Shown piece by piece: positions 51,101 to 62,861 of a stretch of DNA of 64,000 nucleotides (the stretch's first letter is position 1; each line of letters begins with the position of its first letter). This DNA is from Paraspadella gotoi. Taxonomy: Eukaryota; Animalia; Chaetognatha. The position numbers and the translations under genes are program-made. The notes below the pieces were generated by a model. That model was given only the letters and a program-made list of their open reading frames with translations, ran no database searches and had not been told where the DNA came from. The stretch covers positions 80,184 to 144,183 of the forward strand of contig JBJCIZ010000009.1 of the NCBI GenBank assembly GCA_051294375.1. The letters run 5' to 3'.

Positions 51101-52601
51101 AAAGGTAAAGAGAATTGCCCTTTTCTCAGAAGCAATATTAAAATTTGCTGTATTTTTAAAAGAAAAAAAATTAAACAAATCTAAATTAACTATTCCTAAA
51201 ATTAAACTAACTGCTGAAAAAGTTCGTTTATCTGAATTAAAATTAATAAAAGCCTTGCAATGGAAACATTTTTCCAATGAAATGACAATATTATTTAGAC
51301 TGGGAGTTTTTTCGCCCGATGCTCATCACGAGTTAAGAACTCGTAATTCACAAATTATTTCACTCAATCCCTTCCTTGATCAAATGGGTTGTCTCAGAAC
51401 GGGAGGAAGGCTACGTAATAGCAGCACTCTTGATTATGAATCAAAATTTCCGTTAATACTTCCGAAAAAGGACGAGGTTGTTCAATCAATCATCCGCCAT
51501 AGACATTTGTCATTATTTCATTCTGGCACCAGTGCAACATTCCATTCCCTCAAGCAAGACTTCACTCTTTTAGGTGGTCGTATGTCAGTAGATTCCGTCA
51601 TTCGAAAATGTATTAAATGCCAAAAAACTTTTAAAGCTCCTCCAACACAAAAGATGGGCGACTTGCCCTCATCGCGCGTTGACCCAGCAATTCCATTTCA
51701 TACCACTGGCATTGACGCATTTGGACCATTTAGAATAAAACATGGGGGACGGGGCCTTAACTCCAAACATGTCTTGCTCTTTACTTGCTTTACCACAAGG
51801 GCAATTGCCTTTGAAATCCTGCGCGATATGAGTACACCAAGTGTAATAAATGCCTTAATTAGATTTAAAAATAAATTTCCTGGTTTAAAAAATATTGTGT
51901 CCGACAATGGAACAAATTTTGTTGGTGCCGACCGAGAATTAAAACGCGAATTTCATTCCATTCAGGAAAGCGACGAATTTTGCGAAAAGATCGCAATGCA
52001 AAAAATAAACTGGTCCTTTGGTCCTCCATTAGCGTCACATTATGGAGGGTTGTGGGAAAGAGCCGTACGGATGACAAAGAAGCATCTGCTCGCCACAATC
52101 CCTGATCAAATGGACATCGATACATTTTCTACAATCTTGGCCGAAGTTTCAGGTATTTTAAACAATCGCCCATTAACATATGTATCCTCAGATAATTCTG
52201 AACCGGAAGTATTATCTCCGGCTAATTTTCTTTTTCCATATTTGCACACGTCTTCATCAGTAAGTTTAATTTTATATTCTCCTTCTGAAGGCCAATCTCT
52301 TCGCGCATCTTGGGGAAAAGTCAAAGAAGTTATCAATCACTTTTGGACAAGATGGTCCAATGAATATCTTACATCTCTTCAAAAACGTGTCAAGTGGTCG
52401 ACATCAACTGACACTCTGCAACGTGGAAAGATAGTTCTCCTCGTTGATCCGATAATCCCTCGTAATGGATGGAGAACGGGAGTCGTGGAAGAAGTCTGGG
52501 GTGATGGAGTCCATAACAGAGAAGCCTGCATTCGCCTCTCCAATGGAAAAAGACTCCGCCGCCATATACGATCTATCGTCCCCTTAGAAATGGACGATTA
52601 A
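48117..52601 (+). CDS. pol: Pao Pol: aspartic protease, RT, RNase H, integrase; in frame with gag after one TGA
   Basis: ALLDSGATRS; KFRICQDA, ADIKGFFHQI, YMDD; FCDAS, IPRLEL, FTDS, NPADLASRG; H..H..CIKC, GIDAFGP, SDNGTNF, GGLWERAV; FWTRWSNEYL. Confidence 0.97.
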   Translation, partial: LAAAYATTGAFRPVVPIMIIQGDKKIVTYALLDSGATRSAISSNIVNKLNLMTYSLFTNLTTYDSVSRSWRDYVDIKICPLDESFMTEINRVLVGDILTTELDRPCRNHEITDYTYMSDVKFDELENDAIEVILDAKIAFAWVGGDTRIGPEGYPIALKTKFGWTLIGASETNNSDDHIHCCSITPEYDHLEYQIQTIFRHDFLMRGTEIYPSEVTHPSEMDLEAIRQLEEGISYNEKTGHYIAPTPWKLGRSETAKIFRELKSATIENAKNRAIKTARKLSKDPELLEGVFNTMGETISDGQARRATNFNLDDDEPEYYTPILVVTRADKPGKFRICQDAASKTKGTSLNDYLISGPDNLNPLIGILLKFRKHMVTLSADIKGFFHQIEIHPKDVAAFRYYFYTDKTMSKLEIHESLVQIFGGGGSPTIANFVLRYHAKIIENDYPPEIILAMFIKFYMDDYLDSVENVEIARKMKKLLTQALKRGGFELLKWKSSHPDSLISSDDEEEPASNAESCRENLTKPTSSGSKSDETKGEELEDDLSSICENALPEDPNLEEHNDKILGIGYSFKADTFFVRITERAKIEAKTRRQMMRLIASVYDPLGFVSPYILKGRISFQKATSLKLDWDDTLPDHIFKEFDIWRNKIFHLKRIRIPRWTSILGLDVFYTELLIFCDASIDGYGMIAYIKKSNKDCSNCHISILLAKSHVVPLQMQRNIIENQEEHHDSIPRLELNAARLAAQMRDLIVRESGEKFDQIYMFTDSMTILKWINDCMTRFKTFENFRLKKIRSLSNISEWRHIPGEENPADLASRGLEADDDANWRKFHFGPTWLNLPEADWPVSTSNKSVKKKASQNQSESATINAAASPNSLSLNSSTPDVIITPAQTPSQSITKSLSPDSSEITALSSSYSLHSSSIHNSFQTYSESCESSDSNYLSSSDNKMINSLHFQSIFSPIELCIVGATREYPNLEKDNSQESWCLKITEKLENWSSKVKRIALFSEAILKFAVFLKEKKLNKSKLTIPKIKLTAEKVRLSELKLIKALQWKHFSNEMTILFRLGVFSPDAHHELRTRNSQIISLNPFLDQMGCLRTGGRLRNSSTLDYESKFPLILPKKDEVVQSIIRHRHLSLFHSGTSATFHSLKQDFTLLGGRMSVDSVIRKCIKCQKTFKAPPTQKMGDLPSSRVDPAIPFHTTGIDAFGPFRIKHGGRGLNSKHVLLFTCFTTRAIAFEILRDMSTPSVINALIRFKNKFPGLKNIVSDNGTNFVGADRELKREFHSIQESDEFCEKIAMQKINWSFGPPLASHYGGLWERAVRMTKKHLLATIPDQMDIDTFSTILAEVSGILNNRPLTYVSSDNSEPEVLSPANFLFPYLHTSSSVSLILYSPSEGQSLRASWGKVKEVINHFWTRWSNEYLTSLQKRVKWSTSTDTLQRGKIVLLVDPIIPRNGWRTGVVEEVWGDGVHNREACIRLSNGKRLRRHIRSIVPLEMDD

Positions 52602-52763
52602 AATTTTATTGAATAAACTTTAGTGATTACAATATTTTTTAAAGAAATCATAGTAAAACATTATATATATTAAAAATTTTTGTGCTGTATATATTCTTGT
52701 TTAATTGGTGCCACATCTATCCAGTTGATAATATTTCGTTCCCTTTCGCGCTTTCACTGCAAA

Positions 52764-53321
52764 ATGTACCGTAAGCACTCCTTCTTTCTCGGTGACGAGA
52801 TAAATCCGATCCCAATTTGGGAACGGAAAACTGACTCTCCGCCAGTCACGCCCAAGTCTCCATCGGCAAACCTTAGTCCAGCTGGAAGCCACCGTACCCA
52901 GTCAACTGATTTAGATTCTATCTCCCTGCCATCGTCTCCCGGCGAATCGTATGTTAATTCCGACCATGAAGATATTCCCTGTGAAGTTTCGGATCTTCGC
53001 AGTGTTGGAACCCAAACCGATCCAGTTATTATCATCTCTCAAGTAATAATATCTTAAAAAGCTAAAATACTGTAAATATATTTAAAAAATATTTTACCCT
53101 CTCTCCTCTAACAGTTTCGTCCGAATCCTCTCTTTCCTGGACGTGGAAGAACCCGTTTCTACTGCCCACCGTCACGGCGACTAAATTCGGGACCGGTGAC
53201 ACTTCCTCCTACTTTTACGGCAGCCCGCACTGAAGCAGGCCAATTTGATGATCCTGACCTGACTACTTTTTTTCGCCCCATGATTGCCGTTCACCCAACT
53301 CAGCGAATGAAAAATAATTAA
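52764..53321 (+). CDS. Candidate two-exon accessory ORF downstream of integrase (161 aa)
   Basis: Exon 52764-53042, intron 53043-53114 (GTAATA..polypyrimidine CTAACAG), exon 53115-53321 in phase 0 and open for 68 codons. Confidence 0.5.
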
Positions 53322-53531
53322 TGATTCCGTATTTTTATTCTGAAAACAAAACTCGGTGTATGTAGTGTTCTCTTGTTCATTTTTAACCAAATTTCATTCG
53401 ACTTTTCACTGAACAGAAAAAGAAACTTGCTCCGCTTATTCTTGTTGAAAGAATTCACGAAAATGTTGCTTTCACTTTCAGACACATTCCCGGATATTCA
53501 AAATTAAATACAATTTTAAACTTTTCCAACT

Positions 53532-54724
53532 ATGGCGTCACCTGAAGAATCCGNNNNNNNNNNNNNNNNNNNNNNNNNNNNNNNNNNNNNNNNNNNNNNN
53601 NNNNNNNNNNNNNNNNNNNNNNNNNNNNNNNNNNNNNNNNNNNNNNNNNNNNNNNNNNNNNNNNNNNNNNNNNNNNNNNNNNNNNNNNNNNNNNNNNNNN
53701 NNNTTGAAGCCATCTTGAACCCTTCAAATGAAGATCTGATGAGCGAGATTCTCAAGGTACAATTACTTAATCTCTTCCCGTCACAATTCCGTAATGATCT
53801 ATTTAACGACTTACTTTCTCAGTTTGACTTCCCTCATGCAATCTCACCGGACTCCGACTTTTTTGACTTTGCCTTTCTCAACACTCCCGTCCCCACCTGC
53901 CACAACGAGGGACCATTAGAAGCTTCAGACCCAAGTGAAAACCTTGTTAGTATCGAGGTCGTGCCCGTCAAAACTTCGCTCGACGCGGAAAGCTCTTCAC
54001 ACACCTCACCCGACGCGGTCACTTCTTCACCCGACGCAGTCAATTCCTCACACACCTCACCCGACACGGCTGAATCGTCACCACCTGAGACTCAAGCTGA
54101 AGTGAATCCGGACGAAGCCTCTTCCATGCCTGACATGATGGAACTTGCCTCGGACAGTGATCCCGAACAGGAAATTGAATCTTCTAGCTTGTCAGAACCT
54201 GCCACCGAAAGTATTCAACCGACTGCCAGTAAATTCCAGTTTCCGTTCAAAGCGGCATGGAATAATCCGGATGCCCCATTAATTGAAGGCACTTCTGACG
54301 AAAAATACTTTGACGTGAACCGGAAACTGACAGCAGCAGAAAAAAAGACTGCACGCGCCGTTTATCGTGGGTGGAAAAGGGTCGCAGTCCGACGATTACT
54401 GATCATTTTCTTCTCGTAAGACTTCGCCGTTGGAAAGAAAACAAAAACCGAACAAGATCGAGCACGCCCGCCTTCCGCAGCCAGTTCGTGGCTTTGGAGC
54501 TCACCTGCTGCAATTTTCTCTCTTACCTGCTGGCATTCCAATTGCTCCAAGACCAGTCATTCAACGTCCTTTTAATCGTCCGCCTGCAAACAACCAAAAC
54601 CCCTTTCAAGCAAATTCTTTCAACCTATCGTCAGAGAATAGAGCCCATATGGAAGTTGGCAAGTACCGAGAGCAGCGCGACTATTTTAAGTGGGAAAATG
54701 AAAGATTGAAGAAAGAACTAAAGG
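53532..54724 (+). CDS. Accessory ORF of Pao copy B (acidic Ser/Pro linker, conserved motif, coiled coil), interrupted by an N gap and by a frame change at ~54387-54420
   Basis: Homologous to 2695-3567. Similarity resumes in ORF 54430 (RLPQPVR versus PLPHHVR; FKWENERLKKEL versus LKFELEKVNKKL). Confidence 0.6.
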
Positions 54725-54749
54725 NNNNNNNNNNNNNNNNNNNNNNNNN

Positions 54750-57700
54750 ATTAGCCATTGGAGATTGCGCGCCGGTTTACAGATGTGAGTTCGAGCCCCC
54801 GGTGAATTTCAAGTTGACCTTCAATTGGGATCGGGTTGATTCGAATTGGATTGGGTTGGCTTCGAATTACGATCGGTTGGCTTCGAACTTGGGATCAGGT
54901 TTGGCTTCGGAATTGGGATCAGGTAATGTTCTGTTCCGTTTAACACGTTCAAATTTATCTATATAACGAAAAGATAAATCGTATGAGATGAAGAAAACAG
55001 CAGGAATTCAACTAGGCCAAATCTTTTCCGATTAAACAGATCATGACGAAACGAAATGATTCGAAATTCCACATGAATATCACAATTAATAATAAAAATT
55101 TTTTAATCTTTTAGAGTTTTGATTTAGTTGCCCGTCCTCTTCAGAGGATCTTCGCCCAACGGTGCGAGACCAGCGACCATCGCTCCGCGGTGACCGACCT
55201 CAAAGGTGTTCCGTGCTAAGAATTAGTATCATCCAAAGATTACCATCATCCACCTAAAACTCCATTGCTTCCGCTGCCTCTTTCACCTCATCCATCCATT
55301 CCCATTTCGCATTCAGCCGCGAAATACAAAAATTATACTACGCGACCAAAGAAAAACTTGTCGGCAAGTTTCGTTCCTCTTCCGTCAGCACCCCTTCCTG
55401 CAGTGCTGACTCTCGACGAATCCTCGCCAAATCCCGATTTGTCCAGTGGGTACGGTGAAATCCCTACACGCAGCACGCCCTCTACAAATACGATGCATGC
55501 AGCCAGGCAAGAGAAGGCGTTACCAGAAAACTTTGCGTTCAAACAAACACAATTAAATTTCATCCAAACGTCCTTGTGGGCGAAAATTTTAATTTCATAT
55601 TTCTGTCTTGGCAACAAAATTTTATTATTTACTGTGTTATTTACTTTACTATTGAGGCATTATTTAAATGCAATTCTGTTTATTACAATTTTACATTGAA
55701 AATTCTGGTGCAACCTGTTTAAAGCACAAATTTTAAAGTTTACTACTGACGAGTGTGATTGGAATCAACACGATAATCATAATTTTAACTCTCTTTCTCC
55801 GTACAACATGTACAAAATTTTTTTAAATTTAATTATAATTTTTTCTCTCGCAGAACATGCAAATTTTTATAGTTCATATGAAGTGTGAACTTCTCATGCT
55901 ATTAAAAAGTTTTACTCCTTTCAAAATTTTTTAGCCTAAACTGTCTCTAATGACTGCTGTAGATAAATGAATAAAACAGCATTGATTTATTGATATAATA
56001 ATTAAAAAAGAGTTGGTACTTTTACAGTAAGTGAAAGTGAGAAAAAAGTTGTTAGTGTCGCCATGGTAACAAAAATTTATTTCGCATCTAAATTACATGA
56101 TTCATGTTGAGCTGTTGTTTACGGATCAAAGTTAGACGTCAAATGGCGTCAATAGTGCGAACCACGTCTGATTAAACTAAATAAAATTGCCTCACATTAT
56201 ATTCCGGCCAAAGAGTTGCAATTCAATTACAAACATTTGTGAAATATTCCTCACCTTCTGAATTCGATTGTTATCTCGTGAGCACGTGATTCGTCGTCCT
56301 ATCTTTCATCGGCTTGTGAAAACGCTCAGCATTTGATCTGGTCCAGTAAAGCCAAGAACCGTTAGGAAAAGACTCATTCACGAAGAAACCTTGTAATAGC
56401 TAGATAGATATTTATAAAAATTCCTAACTAGAAGTAGCTAGACGCATTGTTCCTACTGTTCTAATTTTTACTTTTGAGAGTTTTTTTGGGGGACTTTTCT
56501 CTAAATAATATTCGAAGGGTCGAATGGGGGGGATGTGCCCGAAAATCTCCGATAACCTCTCAATTATTGTTGTGAGTTTACATTGTTTCAACGTTTGACA
56601 GTTGGTACCAGCAGAACGGTCAGGTAAATCGGAATGACAGTCATTTGTTTTACGTTGAGGCGACTGGTCCTTACCCGAACAGGATCCTAGCTGGTTCCAA
56701 ACTGCATCTCAGGCGAACATTAAGTGCCGTTATAACAAGTGACATGCCTTGAAAAAAGTTATCTGGCGATTGAAAACCCGACATTGATTCTGGGATCAGT
56801 TCATCCAAAAATATCGCGGAAATTGAACTGCAGGAGCAGCAGAGTAAGTTGGAATAGACGCAGTAGATCGGTAAGGATTTGTGGGGTATGGTCAGATAGC
56901 ACTCTCCTGGCTCTATCCATAACGTTACGTCACTCTGTCAGTCTCTTAGTGCAGTGTAAAGCCCTGACCATTTTTGTTAATGTCTCAACACCTGGAAGCA
57001 CTCTTTTCCTACGATCAATCTCACCCAATACGGAACCATTAACTTTTCAGCGTCAACCTTCGTAACTCGTCGCTCGAAGTTTTCAATATCTTTCATAAAG
57101 TTCATGTACTATCTCATCCTAATCCCTCGTTCATTTAAATTATTCTCGATTCTCAAAGAATTTAATGTAATCCATTTTGTACCTTTATTAGGGATGATGG
57201 CGCGAAGAGTGATAGTCGTCCAGCAGAGAAAAGATGAGATAAGGAAGAACAGTAAAGATTATAATGCCAACAGGTTTTTGGAAAACTCCTGTTGAAAGTA
57301 ATATAAAATTATTTTTTAAAGATTAAAACAATCTTTTAAAACAGACTCTCGTCCGCACAGTGAACAAAACGAAAATGAAGGATTTTCCGTTCGCGACGCT
57401 TTCGTGTACCGACGCACCAAGACTGAGTAATTAATGTTTGTAATAGTAACACAGGTTTTACCACTGTAACTACCCATCACGAAATTTCCGAGATCGCGCG
57501 TGAAAAAGATTAAATTCAAATTAAACATGCAGCGTCAACGTGTTCGTCCTTACTACGGACCGTAGTAGTTATACGGTTAAAAAATAAAATTAAATTCAGG
57601 AAAAACGCGGTTACAAATATAACTGGCTCTCTAACAATTTATATTAAATGCTAAGCTAATTATAATTATAAGCAACAATAAACAACTGTTTAACTCGCTT

Positions 57701-58478
57701 AATTAACGTACTAGGTTTCGGCTTCAGATTTTCATAGTAACCAAATATCGTCAAACATATTTTAGAGAGATAAAATATTATTTGGATCGTGAGTTTACGG
57801 AATGCGAAAAAGGAGAGCAGGAGATTCGAGGAGGAGGAGGAGGAGATGAGGAGGAGAAAGCGAGGAGAGGAATTTTGAGACCGGAAACCGATGACGTAAT
57901 AGGAATCAAGAGTGAAACAATGTAATTATCAATAATTTACTAATGGAGAGGTTTTATCGGGGAGATTTCGGCACATACGTGGCCTTTCACTCCCGCTCTA
58001 ATACAACATTCCTAGCTGCCACAAGACCACTTCCATAGTTCTTACCCAATCGAACCACATCCTTACCCACACATGAATAAACTTCACGAAGTTCAGCTCA
58101 TTTCATTAATGATTGAATAGTTTTTTTTCTATTAAGTGTTGCTTACCAATTTCATTTCCACAATTTTCTACCCAACCCCAGTAGCCCGACTCAATCTTGG
58201 GCCCACGCGGACCCAAAGCCCTCGTCTCGCCCCTTTCCCCTTTCGCGTTCTCGATTCGGGTCGATGGGGCGAACTTTCTCTTTTTTTGAAGAGGGGGGGT
58301 GTAGGGGGGGAAGGGGGGGGCCGTTGAAGAGGGCGTGGATGGACCTGGGGTGAGGAAGAGGGGGGTCAACACCCCCCCCTCGCCAAAAAAGCGGTTTTTT
58401 TTTCTGACTTTTTTTGCGTCATTAATCAAAACACCCATGACGGGACAGAGGCGAATCAAAGTTCTAGCAATTGAAGAG

Positions 58479-58532
<54 letters not shown>

Positions 58533-59988
58533 ACGGAAATAAAGAAAGTAGACTGGAAAAAATAACTCATTGTCTACTTAATTATTAGTTGAAAGAATTT
58601 TTTACAACTTCATTATAAAGAAGCCAATTTTACTAAAAGCAAAAATGTATGAGCCTCATCAGTTTTGAAAAATAAGATATACCAATAATACGGTACCAAA
58701 AAGCATAATTGCAATTGATATGAAACGAACAAGCCACCCGTGAAAAAAAGATTATTTGTTGTTTTTTTATTGTTTTTTGGTCTGGAAACAAAAACAAATT
58801 GTTTTTCGATTATATTCTCGCCAGTCGACAGACAGAAAGACCAAAAGATTCATTTGTTTAAATTTCATTCACTCTACCGCGGGTTTTTTTTTTCATTCTT
58901 CTCCAGAGATGAGGACAGACTTAAAATAAAAACAAATGAACACCATAGGTGAATTCTGCGCAAAGAATTAATAAAACTCTTTTTAGTTTCGTTAGCGGGC
59001 TTTGGCTTAAGAAAAACTCAATGGGAAGCGAAAATTTCGGTGGATTATTAAACCGATTAAAAAAAAATTCAAAAAAAAATTTTAAAATAAAAATAAAACA
59101 AAAAAAAAAAATAGAAAAAAAATATTGAAGGCCTTGGACAATGCGTTGATCCCAGGGAAAAAGAAAAAATTCCTTTTTAATTTTCTCTCATTTTAAATCC
59201 TTTTTTTGGGCGGGGGCGTTATTTCTGAGGAAAATTATGTTTAAATATTCTCGTTTAATTTTTATTTATGATTTTTGTTTGATTTTAAAATTCAAGTTTT
59301 AGACTTGATTAATATGTAAAGGAAAAGGGAATTTTTAAACACCATCATTGTTACACAAAATACCCATTTTTAAATATACAATTATACAATTTATAAAGCA
59401 CTCCTTCAATATTTTTTATTAAACTTAATGAAACAGATTGAATTTTAAACTTACATTAGGCGACACAGGCCTTCTTGAGATTTTATTAAAAAACCCACCT
59501 TTGAATATTTTTTTAGCGCAAACTTGTTTTCTACTTTTTCACGAAAAAATTTCGATTTTCAAAGAATTCAATTTAATTTTCCGCCAAATTTAGCTATTTA
59601 TCCCGAGGAAAAAATTTCCCGAGCTTTTTTTTTTTTTTTGGAAATCTCGCGGGGAACCGAGACGGCTGTTCGTTGTCATGGAACCGCTGGCGAATCTTGA
59701 AGGTCGCATCTCAACCGACCCCGACAACAACAACGACGACAAGATCGAAATGAAAAGTCTCTCCTTCGGGAACAACAAACAACAACAACAACAACGACGA
59801 CAATATTCGCGCGGGAACCGACAATTCCCTCGAGACCGACAAGTTAGACTTAAGCTGAGCCCAAAATCCCAACGCGTCGGCCTTAAAACTCTTTGTCCGG
59901 CGACTCTGCAGTGGGGATGCGATTCAGTCTTGTCGGGTAACGGGGAATCTTGTCGGGCGTCGCGTCATTGGAGAAGGGGGAGAGAGAG

Positions 59989-60031
<43 letters not shown>

Positions 60032-62239
60032 AAAGAAGAGAGAAAGAAAGAAGAAGAAAGAAAAGAGAAGAAAGATAAGAAAGAAAGATAAGACGAAAGG
60101 AAAGAAAGAAAGAAAGAGACAGAAAGAAAGACAAGAAAGAAAGAAAGGCCCGAGAGAGAAGAGAAGAGAGATGAGAGGAGAGATGAGAGAGAGAGAAAGA
60201 GGAGAGAGAGAGATTTCTATATCCAAGCTTAGGGCGGCGCACGCTTATATGGCAAATCAGGACGACGACGACGACGACGAAATTATGATTCCCATGTCGG
60301 GACGCGTTCGGTTCGTTCGCTTTCTATCGATCCCTGAAGCAGAAAGTCTTAAAGAATCGGGATAAGAAGCGAACGAGAGCTAATGGAAGCGAACAGACCG
60401 CGAACAGAAAAGTACAGGTAAGAACAGACGTGAATAAAAAGCAAATAGAAACTAACAGGAGTGAACGCCGAGCTGAATAGAGGGAGACAAGATCGAACAG
60501 AGAGGAACAGAGCGATAGGCGAGCCAAATTTGATATCCTTAATTACGAGTGGGCGATGACTATTTCAGGAAAGGAAAGGAAGGAAAGGGAGAGGAAGGAA
60601 GAAGGAAGGATGGAAGAGGAAGAGGCAGGCAGGAAGGGAACGAGGGGGGGGATAAGAAGAAATCAATCTCTTGGAAATTCACAATTTCTGATATTCGACT
60701 ATATATTATAAAAAATTTTTTTTTTTTGTGGTTTTCCGCACAAAATGTTTCGTCTGACTGAGTCGACCATAAGTAGCAGGCGGACAGGCAGAGACGTCGT
60801 AGGGAGAAACGTGTCGTCTTTTATCAGGCTCTGTCTTTAACAGGCGGACAATCCCTTCGCAGGGCGTCGCGTTTGCGTTTAGGTTTATGACGACGGACGA
60901 CGAGATGACGATGGCGACGACGGACCGACGACGAAGAAGAAGGAAGAAGAAGAAGAAGAAGAAGAAGAAGAAGAATGAAGAAGAAAGAGAAGAAGAAGAA
61001 GAGACGACGACGACGACGACGAGACGACGACGACGAGACGACGACGACTTACCGACGGACGACGACGACGACGACGACGACGACGACTACGACGACGAGG
61101 AATCCTCTGAAAATGACTGAATAAACTTTTTATGGAGACGCCATAAAAAATTGGAGGGAAAATACCGACTTTTTTTGCAGTCTACATTTGTCAATGTATT
61201 TTAGTACGTAGCCATTAAAAAGTGTAAAACGACTATATAGTAATATTTAGATTAAATACGATATAAATCAACTAGTATGCAAAGGTAAATGTAATGTAAT
61301 AAGTTTAGCTAAATGTAAGCGTTTTATTCGAATGCACCAAAGTTGAATTCACTTTATTAGTATATACATTTTTTCTTTATTTACAGGACGTTTCCGGCTC
61401 TTTCGAGGAAAGAGAAAATTTAGTACACTTATTAAAAAGTTGTAATGAAATACAATCAATTAAAAAGGATGTCACCATTTGAGAACAGGACCTTCTCCAA
61501 GTGTCGCATTTTGAAAGCTGGTCGGTTTCTATCACTATTTTTATTGTTCAGGAAAAGTTTGACAGTTCCAGAGAGGCATGCGTGGGACGTTCTGCTTCTC
61601 CTGCCTCCATTTTTCATTAACAGGAGATTGCAGTCAGAAAAGCTGCGCGCGCCAAAAGTCTGAAGTATTATCCTTCATTCTTGATTTTCGTTTAAAATCT
61701 CCCTAATTTTGTAAGGAAGCGGCGCGAAGAATTTTGAATGTTATTGTAAAAATGCTGTTCAGCGACGTTTTTATATCGGATCAAACATAAAATTAGCATA
61801 GATTCCATAAATGATCTATTGAAGAGACATAATTATTGTTATGAGTTAGTGACAGAACGTTCAATATAAGCATCCTTGAGCTTCGGATCAGGCTGTAAAC
61901 ACCATGGTTACAGGCGGGTTTTAAGCGCCCCGTCCCTCTTAACTGCCTAGGACGACCAACCGGGCTAGAAAGCCCGGACCTTGGGTGGGAGGCGAAATGA
62001 CTGCCTACCGCACCAATGACCGCTGATGAACGGGTTGGTGGATTTTAGTCCACCATACTATTTTTTTTTCTTTTATTCATAAACCGTTCTTTGTGACCGT
62101 AAGCACTTTGAGGTTAGGTCCCATTTTTGAGTTGGAACTCCCTGTAAAATACATGACTTGGCGTAATACTCTGGAATTTCAAAAAACTTTTATCTTTCGC
62201 TGAGAATATTCTTTTTGTTTAGAGCATTAGCTTGAATGA

Positions 62240-62325
<86 letters not shown>

Positions 62326-62830
62326 GCGAAAAAGGTCGCAGTCATGAATCTCCGCTGTTGTTACGCGTCCTCGTCGGTCGTCGTCGTCGTCAGTCGTTCG
62401 TCGTCGTCGTCGTTGTTGTTCTCGTGACGTCGCCATGACTCATGGGCCGTAAATTCTGGCGTGACGAGCGTCACCGACTGGCCGCCGCCAACGCCGGTGT
62501 GGCTGCCACACTCCCGCGCCGGAAGATGCGATTTTTTTTCTCTGCGCGATTCGTCAAAAAGAGAGGAAAAGAGACTCCGGAAACGAGAAAGGACGCCGGT
62601 TTGGAAAAAAGAGCAGCCGGGGCGAGAAAAGGACGCCGCATTTTTTAAGAGTTGCGCCTGGGCTGTGTTCAAGGAAAAGGACGACGCTCGTGGTTTTAAA
62701 GGCTATTCTAAACTCTTGGAGATGTAAAAAAGTAAAACTTTTATTTATTTAATTATTTATTTATTTATAAATTTATATATTTATATATTTATTTATTTAT
62801 TATTTTATTTATTTATTTATTTATAATATT

Positions 62831-62861
<31 letters not shown>

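Larger units (their letters stand above)
44679..54724 (+). mobile_element. BEL/Pao LTR retrotransposon copy B: partial 5' LTR (to 44891), PBS 44896, gag, pol, accessory ORFs; both ends cut by N gaps
   Basis: Domain order gag-PR-RT-RH-IN with Pao-type motifs. The upstream region matches the LTR and leader of copy A. Confidence 0.95.

Noticed and set aside
52680-54724. env gene of the Pao element
   Set aside because: No signal peptide, transmembrane anchor or Cys-rich ectodomain in the visible ORFs.
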